Below are positions 21,547-30,533 of a stretch of DNA of 64,000 bases, piece after piece. The first letter of the stretch is position 1, and every line of letters starts with the position of its first letter. A model generated the notes under the pieces. That model made no database searches, had not been told where the DNA came from, and worked only from the letters and a program-made list of their open reading frames with translations. The translations under genes were made by a program, and so were the position numbers. The stretch comes from Piedraia hortae CBS 480.64 (lineage: Eukaryota), in NCBI GenBank assembly GCA_010093745.1, contig MU005961.1, positions 248,001 to 312,000 on the forward strand. The letters run 5' to 3'.

Positions 21547-22976
21547 CTACAGGCCAAAGGTTTCCAACGCCTCCAGATTTATTCGTTGATAGTACGAAAC
21601 ATGCCTAAAGCTTTCCCAATACTGCGCCAGCCGATTGTGAGATATCATAATTAGCTGGGTAGGTATGTAACAATCTACTACATCAGTAAATAGAACGGGA
21701 GAGTTTGACTTAACCTACCTTGAACGAATTCCCGTTCAGCAATGTGTCCCATGCTTTGTACTATCCTAGCCCCTCTAAAAAGAGACTCGTCGGCGATGCG
21801 AATTAGTCCGCCATTGCCAATTTCGGGAGCTATGAACGTGTACTCTCCTCGAGGAACATTGATATCGCCCGTCAGCTTGATGGCTTCGAGCCGACCTCCA
21901 GCAAGCGGCACGTCCTGAGACGCATCTTCGATAGCGGACGAATCGTCTCTACTTCGTAGCAGATCTTGAAGCTTGTCCATGTCGTGTGGGAGCTGCCTCT
22001 CGTCCTTTCGATCAGGCTGGGTGATAAGTACAAATTCGCGCCCATGACCGCCATAGTCTCCAACCCAGATGCCCTGCCACGGCTTTTCCGCTGTTGGGGT
22101 GTATAGAGACGCTGGCAAGGTAGAGAAGGTGTTGAGCTCACCAGGAAGGCCGGAAAAACGATCGCCAAGCATGCCACTCAAAACTCTGATGGTAAAATCT
22201 GCCGCGGGATCCAGGGACTGGCTCAGCCGATGCGAGCACCAATGTTCGCCTGGCGCCCGATGGTGTGGCCATCTGCGCACGCGAAAGTGATGTTGGCTAA
22301 CATTGCGCGTTTCACTCTCACGAAAGCTCTGGTTGGCCTCAAATTTGCGGACTCGTGTTTCAGCAGGGAAAACGAGCGGTGGCCAGAAAGAGACAAACTC
22401 GAGCAGGGGATCGGGTGGCAGATCTTGGCACATGACAAAGGAGCAGTGGACCATCCGATTTTGCGTATTCATGTAGGTTTCCTTGCTGCATTGTGCACAT
22501 GTGCCGTCTGGTCGCAGTGTGCTCTTTCCATCCAGAACGACTATTGGCATTTCTAGATCCAAGGACACTTGGGGTTGGAAATCATAAACGGAGGTTCTAG
22601 GTTGCCTATCCCAAGTTTGTAGAACATGACTTCCTCTGGTCGCTACTACCGTATAAGCGGCGATGAGTCCTGTGCTGGGCTCGAACCGTGCAATGAGCAG
22701 CTTTCCAAAAGGATATCCGTCACTGAACCATATTCGATGACGGGGAAGGAACCAGCGTGGATGGTGAGTGGCATAGAGTTTGCGGAATGATCCATAGACG
22801 TCAGGCTGACGCACGGGAGCCGCCAAGTTTGCATTTACTTGGGCTTGCCACAGTTTCTCATCAGCAGCATGGGCGCTGAGTAAGCGACACACCTGGCCCA
22901 CCCTTGCCAGGTCCTCTGGGCCCAAGTAGGCTAAGACTTGATGGATTAGCTCATTGGGTAGGCTGAAGAGGGCCAT
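21547..22976 (-). CDS. F-box protein (Pof7-like); intron ~21675/21678-21718
   Basis: F-box LFSLPNELIHQVLAYL; KPWQGIWVGDYGGHGREF, LEAIKLTGDINVPRGEYTF; spliced last exon YIPTQLIMISHNRLAQYWESFRHVSYYQR to TAG 21547. Tandem TAGTAG acceptor. Confidence 0.88.
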
Positions 22977-23142
22977 GATGTAGCAACTTGTTCTTGAAGT
23001 GCCTGTAGCTACGGTGTCCTGAGGCTTGTGCGGGGCCACCCTTGCTCTTAGTTCTTGGCACGCACCACAGATACAACCGCAGCAGCAGCAGCAGTAGAAG
23101 GGAAAACATGTTATCATTGACTCATATCGCTTTTTAATTTGA

Positions 23143-23762
23143 CTAGCTAATCTTGGCATTCGAAAAGTCCATCTCAGGATGCTCCGCTTGGAACTTCTTC
23201 AAGATATCCATCTTCTTTTGCTCGTCGCTGGTTGGCTTTCCCATCTCCTTTTGTCTCTGGTCAAACATCATCTTCTCGACCATGCTCCTAGTCTCGCCGT
23301 CGAGGTCGCTCAACTTGCTATTCTCAGGCACAATGGCCGAGGTATCGATTTTGGGAGCTGAAGTTACGACATGCGGCCACCATTCCATTTTGTTCACCTT
23401 CTCTAGGTGAATACTGATCTCTTTTCCCTCTGTTGTCGTCTCCAACGTCCATGTCGATTCATCGGCCTGAATCGAATGGGGGAAGGATCCCTATTGATAT
23501 GTGTCAACCTAATACAACGTGAATTTTCCACTGCACTCACTTCAATGATGGGTTCCTGGCCTTTGATGCCTGCCTTTAGTGCGGTTTTATTAAGAGTCAC
23601 AACCAGATCTCTTCCTTTGACATTCCCCGGCACCGGCACCGTGATGTCCAAGTCACTGATGGTCTGTGTCCATTTATACGGCAGCTGAGCCTGTTCCTCG
23701 CGTTCCTTGACTCGGGCCTTTTCGCGATCCTCGGCCGTTGGTGATGCGGGCCGTTCTGCCAT
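23143..23762 (-). CDS. nudC: Nuclear movement protein NudC (CS/p23 domain); intron 23491-23540
   Basis: LPYKWTQT..., [62 protein letters not shown]. Confidence 0.95.
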
Positions 23763-23877
23763 GATGTGTTGGTAAGAAGCTCTTTGCGTCGCCTTAATGT
23801 GGCTGAGTAGTGACGTAACTGGCTAGGGTTAGGCCGATGTTATCAACGCGCACAATGACGAAAGATATTTCCTAGCA

Positions 23878-24890
23878 ATGGCAAACAAATATCTCCTGTC
23901 AATCACGGGAGGACCATCATACACGGAGCAGACTCCCTTGCCGGTCAATTCGGAAAAATTTACCAAGATTACATCGCCTAAAATCAGTGCAAACGTTGTT
24001 GTACGTGTGCAAAATTTTCGTGGCCTATCAACAGATGGCAAATCCCAATCCACGCTCAAGACGAGTCCGTATTTTTCAACAACGCCACACGAAGGTGATC
24101 TTTACAGTATCCAATTCTCCTTCGTGCTGAAAGATGACTCTATAAATGGCAATGATTTGGTATTTGGAAACGATTTTGACCACCCAATCCGTGACAAACT
24201 GCCTCCAGGTTTCCAGCAAGCGTTCAACCTCGTAAAGTGGTTCGTCGATCCGGGCCTTTACGGCGATGTGCAGGCTGATGAGCCATATCTCTATGGACCC
24301 CTCCTCAGCTCTATGAACGTACTTTCAATCGGACCCTGGGAAAGCGAACAAGACGAGGATAGCTCCAAGGAGGTCAAGAACCTAGAAGAAGGATCCTCTG
24401 GGTCCGGAAGCGCCGCACGCAGCAAACTGTCGTTACCAGACACTTCTGCTGCAAGGAAAAAACACTTCCTAGTCGAATCAAATCTCAAAGAATTCACTTT
24501 CGAAAAAGGAAGGGTGTATCACAACGACTTCTTCAACCCCTACCTGGACTTTAACGAATTTGCGCTCAAATTACCGAAGTTTTCCCTTGTCCCGGGTATC
24601 ACGATTCCCATCATTTCGTACTGGGATGGACAGCCCCTTCGGTAAGTTCTTTGCTTTTCTTCCTTTATACATTCCCAAATCTCTCCGAGCACAGTGAGCT
24701 TTTTTTCTGACGGGTAAAAAGCTCACACTCACTTAGATATGTCCTAAGAAACAGAAAATCGGATGAAGTGCTCATGGTGCTTGTGTTCAAACTTGTACCA
24801 AAGGAGGAGGTTGAGAAAAGCAGCGAGCTTGTAAAAGGCAGTAACGATAACTATAATGATAACGACAACGACGACGATGGAGTTGACTAG
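23878..24890 (+). CDS. DUF1769-family protein; intron from 24642 to 24721 or 24736
   Basis: YLLSITGGPSY, VVVRVQNFRG, DLVFGNDFDHPIRDKLPPGF, VDPGLYGD, YHNDFFNPYLDFN, WDGQPLR|(SHSLR)YVLRN; acidic tail to TAG 24890. Confidence 0.85.
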
Positions 24891-24898
24891 TTGCGATG

Positions 24899-24931
24899 AA
24901 AAAAAAAAAACAAAAAAACAAAAAAAAAAAA
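24899..24931. repeat. Interrupted poly(A) tract A12-C-A7-C-A12 between convergent stop codons
   Basis: Read directly from the sequence. Confidence 0.9.
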
Positions 24932-24932
24932 C

Positions 24933-27900
24933 TCATTTCGTCCTTCTAATCTTACCCCTCTTCCCCCCCATCTTTCCCGCGCTTTTGCCAAGCACCAAAT
25001 TGAAATGCTCAGTAATATCCCCCTCCCCCCCCCTCCTCTCATTAAACCCCCTTACAACTGGCACCAAGACCTCATCCGTCCTCGCCTGGTCCCAACCGAC
25101 CGTTTCCATGAGAAAACCCCTCAGCCCATCCAAATTCGGCACGCCCCACACAAACTGCTCCAAACTCTTATCCACATTCGGATTCAAATACGCATCCTCA
25201 ACCCTCGCATCAGGAAAATGTGTGGGAAGAATAAACTTATTCGCCGCCGCACGTCTAAGCTTCTTCCTCGTCGCAGAGACATTATCCTCCGCACGGGGAG
25301 CGGTACCGAACTGCAACTCCTCCACCCAAGTCTTAAACTCCTCCAAATCCCCATGAAACTCTTTCAGGATTTCCATACCGGTAACAGGCCCCACGCCTTT
25401 GATGCCCTCCGCGTAATCGCTTCCCAGCAGCTGGGCGAGGGCAATCAGCCTCTCTCGTGTGAGATCGTACTCCTTCTCCAGATCCTGGAGGAGGTAGCTT
25501 TCGACAAACTTTGCAGAGTTGAAAAAGTTTTTGTACACGCGATTGCCGCCGAAGAGGAAAATGTCGCTGTCGTCGGTTATGATTCCGTCGACGAGGCCCA
25601 GAGATTGGAGTGTGCTGCACTGTGATTCGGCCTCGGAGGGCGCGGTTATGTAGGGTAGACCGAAGAGGGATAAGAGGGTTTGGCATTCGGTTATCATGGT
25701 TTGGGTAACGGCTGAGCTGTCGCGGTTGGACGCTTTGAGGTCTGTCATTAGCGCTTCGCGTGTTATGGGCTGGGTGGGGATCTGGGGGTTCAGGGATGCG
25801 GCGAATCTTTCGTGTTCGGTGTTTTCGGCGGCCAGGGCTTGGAGGAGCTCGGCCTCAGATGCGGTGGGGGAGAGTGGACCTGAGGAGGTGGAGCTGGATG
25901 GGGATTGGGGTTGCTCAACCATGGGACCGTCGGGTACGGGTTCGGGATTGAGGTCTTGTTGGGTTATTGGGAGCTGGAGATTGAACACCACGTCGGCCTT
26001 TGATTGACTGGTCTCTTCGGGAGGTGAAAGTTTGACTGGTTCAAATTCCAAAGCCGGAGAAGGCGATTTTGCGGACTCGCTGGAGCTCCATTCGATTTGC
26101 TCTTCATCATCGTCTTCATTCCTTGTCGGCCGTGGGCTTTTTCTGATATGTTGAGCAGGCCGAGTCTCTTCGGTAATGGACCTCTCTTCGGCGACCTCGT
26201 CGGGTGGTAAGTCTGCATCGAGGTCTATTACTTCAGGCTGTCGTTGGAGTGGCGCGTCTCTGTCTTGGAATATGAACGACGACTCCGTCTCTTTCGGCTT
26301 CTCTTCTTCAGCAGCCCCTGGCCAGTTCATGTCCTGATCAGGTGTATCTGAAAACCACGGTGGAAGGGGCTCGGCTTTCTTTTTCTCAGCTGGAATTTGC
26401 TCAAAACCTCCTTCTCGATACGTTTCGACTCTGTCCATCTTTTTTCCGAGTAACGAGGAGCCCAAGTCGAGCTTCTCGAATGGTAGAGGACCAGCAGAAG
26501 GTAAAGGCTTGGCAGCAGACTTTTGCCGCACCGACGGCGGAGAAGGGGCCTTTCTCTTTTTCGTAAGAGCTTGCTGTAAGTCCACCGCATCTTCTTCGCT
26601 TTGCTTTGCAGGAAGCGGTGCTGCCTCATTCGCACGCAAATTTAATGTACTTGCGATTGCTGCTGCACTGCCTGAGGACACAGGTCGCGGTTCTGCCACT
26701 GCATGCTGTTCAAATTCGATCACACTCTTGGAATCATCTTCTGACTTGCCATCCTCATCGGACTCATTGGAAGCTTGCTCGAGGGACATTGCGATTTCTC
26801 GTTGCATGCCTTCGTCTTCGGCGACCTCGTCCTTATTGCTTGGTAGAAATAGAGAATCGGGGTCTCCCATGTCCTCTTGAGCAGCTGTATCTCCTTCTCC
26901 ATCACCAAAAAGGCTTGTTTCCTCTGCCCTTCCCTCGTTCCCATCAGAGAGTTTTCTCCTCTTAGGGAGCCTGTTCAAGCCCTCAATTGGAACGTCCTCG
27001 AACTCGATATCCTCCTCCTCCTCCTCACTGGAACCAGTGATTTCGGGTAGCGATGATTTGTCCACATCGATGGCCTTTTCCTCCTTTGAGCCTTCATCAT
27101 TCACCAGCACACCGAGTGCCCATCCGCCTTCCACACCGTCATTCTTCACCAACACATACTCACGGGACTTTTCACCAGCAATACGGTTTGCGCTCATGCC
27201 GTATGCTACATCGCCAGCATTGATATTCATCAACCTCGTCGTCAACTCGTTGCGCTCTCTTACCCGCTCTATCTGGAACTTTGAGAACGCCATTCTGTCA
27301 GGGAACATCTGATCCAGCTGCTCCTTGGAATGACCCATACGCAACCTTGATCGTAACCGGGCAGCATTGAGGATGTTGTATCGATCGCTCGCAGGCAAGC
27401 TCATGAAAAAGGGAGAGTCGTAGTCGATTTTGCCGAAGTCATAGACGTTGATATCCTCTCCCGAGTTGAACTGTAGGGCATATTCTTCCAACTCGGCCAG
27501 ACTCATGACCCGCAGATCATCTGGCCCGCTCATCTCGGCTAGACTGACTTCAAGTTCTGGGAGGTGATAGGCGTCGGTCTTTTTGAACTTGCGATTCTTC
27601 TGTCGCTCTTCTTGGGTCATATGCAACTCCTCTGCATACACCAGATTCTCCTCATCGGGTATGTCCTCTTCAGGCTGCCCATCCCTCGCATTGCGCCTTT
27701 CCGCCTCGACCTCTTCCGCATGACGCTGCATCTGCATAGCGAGGAGCCTCCCGGCCGTGCGAGCGGCATCCTCGCGCCGTCCCTCGCGACGTTGTTTCCG
27801 TGCATTAATTGTCTGTCGCTTCAAGGCGGGGGCGGCGCCGTCAAAAACGAATACAGGCTGGATCCCATAGTACAGCAGTTTACAGATTCGACGGAAGAAG

Positions 27901-28070
27901 CCGACGACGTGGCTGCTGCGGAGCGCATTGCCTTCTTTGTCGCGCACGGCTTTGAGAAAATGGTAGATCCAGATGGACGCGTCGATGGCGAGTTTCTTGC
28001 GATTCAGCGAATCTAGCTTGATTGGTCGCGCACACGGTTGCACGACTTGCCATAAGCCTGTCACTCCCAT
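24933..28070 (-). CDS. RAD2: XPG/Rad2 nucleotide-excision-repair endonuclease
   Basis: XPG-N (MGVTGLW, LAIDASIWIYHF, PVFVFDG) and XPG-I (GLPYITAPSEAESQC, ITDDSDIFLFGG, LLGSDY, GVGPVT); intronless. Confidence 0.96.
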   Translation of the reverse strand: MGVTGLWQVVQPCARPIKLDSLNRKKLAIDASIWIYHFLKAVRDKEGNALRSSHVVGFFRRICKLLYYGIQPVFVFDGAAPALKRQTINARKQRREGRREDAARTAGRLLAMQMQRHAEEVEAERRNARDGQPEEDIPDEENLVYAEELHMTQEERQKNRKFKKTDAYHLPELEVSLAEMSGPDDLRVMSLAELEEYALQFNSGEDINVYDFGKIDYDSPFFMSLPASDRYNILNAARLRSRLRMGHSKEQLDQMFPDRMAFSKFQIERVRERNELTTRLMNINAGDVAYGMSANRIAGEKSREYVLVKNDGVEGGWALGVLVNDEGSKEEKAIDVDKSSLPEITGSSEEEEEDIEFEDVPIEGLNRLPKRRKLSDGNEGRAEETSLFGDGEGDTAAQEDMGDPDSLFLPSNKDEVAEDEGMQREIAMSLEQASNESDEDGKSEDDSKSVIEFEQHAVAEPRPVSSGSAAAIASTLNLRANEAAPLPAKQSEEDAVDLQQALTKKRKAPSPPSVRQKSAAKPLPSAGPLPFEKLDLGSSLLGKKMDRVETYREGGFEQIPAEKKKAEPLPPWFSDTPDQDMNWPGAAEEEKPKETESSFIFQDRDAPLQRQPEVIDLDADLPPDEVAEERSITEETRPAQHIRKSPRPTRNEDDDEEQIEWSSSESAKSPSPALEFEPVKLSPPEETSQSKADVVFNLQLPITQQDLNPEPVPDGPMVEQPQSPSSSTSSGPLSPTASEAELLQALAAENTEHERFAASLNPQIPTQPITREALMTDLKASNRDSSAVTQTMITECQTLLSLFGLPYITAPSEAESQCSTLQSLGLVDGIITDDSDIFLFGGNRVYKNFFNSAKFVESYLLQDLEKEYDLTRERLIALAQLLGSDYAEGIKGVGPVTGMEILKEFHGDLEEFKTWVEELQFGTAPRAEDNVSATRKKLRRAAANKFILPTHFPDARVEDAYLNPNVDKSLEQFVWGVPNLDGLRGFLMETVGWDQARTDEVLVPVVRGFNERRGGEGDITEHFNLVLGKSAGKMGGKRGKIRRTK

Positions 28071-28953
28071 GGCGGAAGGTTAAATGCAGGAGCTTCCACG
28101 ATGTTAGGTTGCGACTACGGAAACGCTGATGAGATCAGGAGTGTGGAAGCTTTGAATGTGACGCCGAGGGGCCAGCAGCGGATGCATCCCAAGTCGTGCA
28201 TTGTGATAACCAACATGCAAGCCCTCTTGACTGTATCACGAACAATGGGTGTAATTGTCACTTTGAGTTGGGATAAGTAGACCATGTCTTGGTAATGCCA
28301 CTGTCAAACGTGCAGAATTCTCCGACGGTTGAAGAGGCCAAGCGGGTGCGTTCACCACGGTTCACATTTTACGAGCATGTACTACAGCGATAGAGCCGTA
28401 CAGTAGATCTCTATCACAGTGCTGACTTTTGTTTTGGAATCTCGAGCAGCCATCTGTTGCCTACTTACGGCGGTGGAGGAAACCCTCCTGTCTCTTCAAA
28501 ATGCAAGATGCTGATGCTCTATTGATCGTTGAACAATGAACATCCTTAGCATGTGGCGGCAGCCATGGTGTCTGGGACACAGCGGTTGCTAATTCGGAGA
28601 CATGAGGAAGGCCTGGAATCGAGATAGCGATTGCAGATAAAAGCCAAAGTCCGTGAGCTGAGTTTGTTGGGGAAAAACAACGTGTTCACGACATATGGGA
28701 GCGATATCCAGCTGGCTAATGATGGCGCAAAGGCGCAGCGACTGTCAGCCGGTGCTGCAGGTCCTTCGGCCGTAAGGTCCCTGATACAGGGCGGATCGGC
28801 CCTTCCGCTGGACCCTGCCGTTGGGGCCCCACCTAAACGTCATTGTTGGGCCAATCAGATCAGCCGCGTTCGGGCATAAGTTGAAGCTCTGCGGCATTGA
28901 AATTGGGCCTCCTCACCCCACCTCTTCCTCTCTTTCTACACCAAGCACCCATC

Positions 28954-30297
28954 ATGGCATCCACCGTACAGAAACCTCATATCACGGAAACTCCCCTGAC
29001 GAGGAGGAATTGGTACAAGCATGTCAACTGGCTGAATGTCACCTTTATCATCGGCATCCCACTCGTTGGCTTCATTTCTGCCTTTTGGGTGCCGCTTCGC
29101 ACTGCCACGGCCTTGTGGGCAGTGGCCTACTACTTTGCTACTGGCCTGGGCATCACAGCGGGATACCATCGTCTCTGGGCCCACACATCGTACTCGGCCA
29201 CGCTGCCTCTCCAGATGTTCCTGGCTGCAGTTGGGGGCGGTGCCGTCGAGGGCTCTATCAGATGGTGGGCGCGCGACCATCGTGCTCATCACCGCTACAC
29301 TGACACGGACAAGGACCCCTACAGCGTCCGCAAAGGTCTACTGTATTCCCATCTTGGCTGGATGGTCATGAAGCAGAACCCCAAGCGCATCGGTCGCACC
29401 GACATCTCAGACCTGAACGACAATCCTGTTGTCGTTTGGCAGCACAAGCACTACAAGTTGGTGATGGCTGTCATGGGGCTGGGCGTTCCCTGTGTTGTTG
29501 CCGGCCTCGGATGGGGCGACTGGTATGGCGGCCTCGTCTACGCTGGTATCCTACGTCTTTGTTTTGTTCAGCAGGCCACGTTCTGCGTCAACTCCCTTGC
29601 TCACTGGCTTGGCGACCAGCCTTTTGATGACCGCAACAGCCCCCGCGATCATGTCATCACTGCTCTCGTCACTCTTGGCGAAGGATATCACAACTTTCAC
29701 CATGAGTTCCCGTCGGATTACCGCAACGCCATTGAGTGGCATCAGTATGATCCCACCAAGTGGGTCATCTGGTTCTGGAAGCAAATCGGCCTCGCCTACG
29801 ATCTGAAGCAGTTCCGTGCCAACGAAATCGAAAAGGGCCGGCTGCAACAGATGCAGAAGAAGCTTGACCAGAAGCGTGCCAAGCTCGACTGGGGCACGCC
29901 GCTTGACCAGCTGCCGGTCATTGAGTGGGATGATTACGTTAGTCAGTGCAAGGACGGCCGCGGTTTGGTAGCCATCTGCGGTGTCGTGCATGATGTAACG
30001 GATTTCATCAACGACCACCCGGGCGGCAAGGCTCTGATCAGGAGCGGAATTGGCAAAGACGCCACTGCTATGTTCAACGGAGGGGTGTACAACCACAGCA
30101 ATGCAGCTCACAACCTGCTCTCGACGATGAGGGTGGGCGTTATCCGCGGCGGCATGGAGGTGGAGATCTGGAAGCGGTCCCACCAAGAGAACAAGGACAC
30201 GATGATTGTCAAGGATGAAAATGGCAACCGCATCATCCGCGCCGGGGCTCAGGTGACCAAGGTCTATCAGCCGCCAACCTCTGCTGGTGCAGCATAG
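28954..30297 (+). CDS. OLE1: Delta-9 acyl-CoA desaturase with C-terminal cytochrome b5 domain
   Basis: His boxes [13 protein letters not shown] and HNFHH; cytochrome b5 HPGG; first ATG at 28954. Confidence 0.97.
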   Translation: MASTVQKPHITETPLTRRNWYKHVNWLNVTFIIGIPLVGFISAFWVPLRTATALWAVAYYFATGLGITAGYHRLWAHTSYSATLPLQMFLAAVGGGAVEGSIRWWARDHRAHHRYTDTDKDPYSVRKGLLYSHLGWMVMKQNPKRIGRTDISDLNDNPVVVWQHKHYKLVMAVMGLGVPCVVAGLGWGDWYGGLVYAGILRLCFVQQATFCVNSLAHWLGDQPFDDRNSPRDHVITALVTLGEGYHNFHHEFPSDYRNAIEWHQYDPTKWVIWFWKQIGLAYDLKQFRANEIEKGRLQQMQKKLDQKRAKLDWGTPLDQLPVIEWDDYVSQCKDGRGLVAICGVVHDVTDFINDHPGGKALIRSGIGKDATAMFNGGVYNHSNAAHNLLSTMRVGVIRGGMEVEIWKRSHQENKDTMIVKDENGNRIIRAGAQVTKVYQPPTSAGAA

Positions 30298-30533
30298 CAT
30301 ACTTGTGCACGTAACGTTTGGAGTTGTGGGTAATTCATGCTTTTGTTCTCATCCATAGCGGCATCATAAAGTTGTCAATGAATCTCTAAGATTGGACATC
30401 ATCGGCTCCCGTCATCACTGTCTTGGTGTTTGCTTCACTTGATGTGAAGTCAGATGTGCTGACTAATCTCCGTATCTGCCCCGCTTAGTCAGCAGACACA
30501 GTGCCAACATCATTCCGCCGACCAGACGATGGG

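Noticed and set aside
22977..23159. N-terminal extension with a poly-Cys run on the F-box ORF
   Set aside because: Starts at a non-ATG codon overlapping the nudC stop; the CCCCC comes from a short CAG/TGC microsatellite in the intergenic region. The F-box begins at ATG 22976.
28164..28169. CCGAGG (FarA-type) site in the RAD2/OLE1 intergenic region
   Set aside because: Single 6-mer, ~790 nt from OLE1 and closer to RAD2; expected by chance.
29551..30300. 249-aa antisense ORF over OLE1
   Set aside because: Shadow of biased codon usage in a highly expressed gene; no recognisable protein features.
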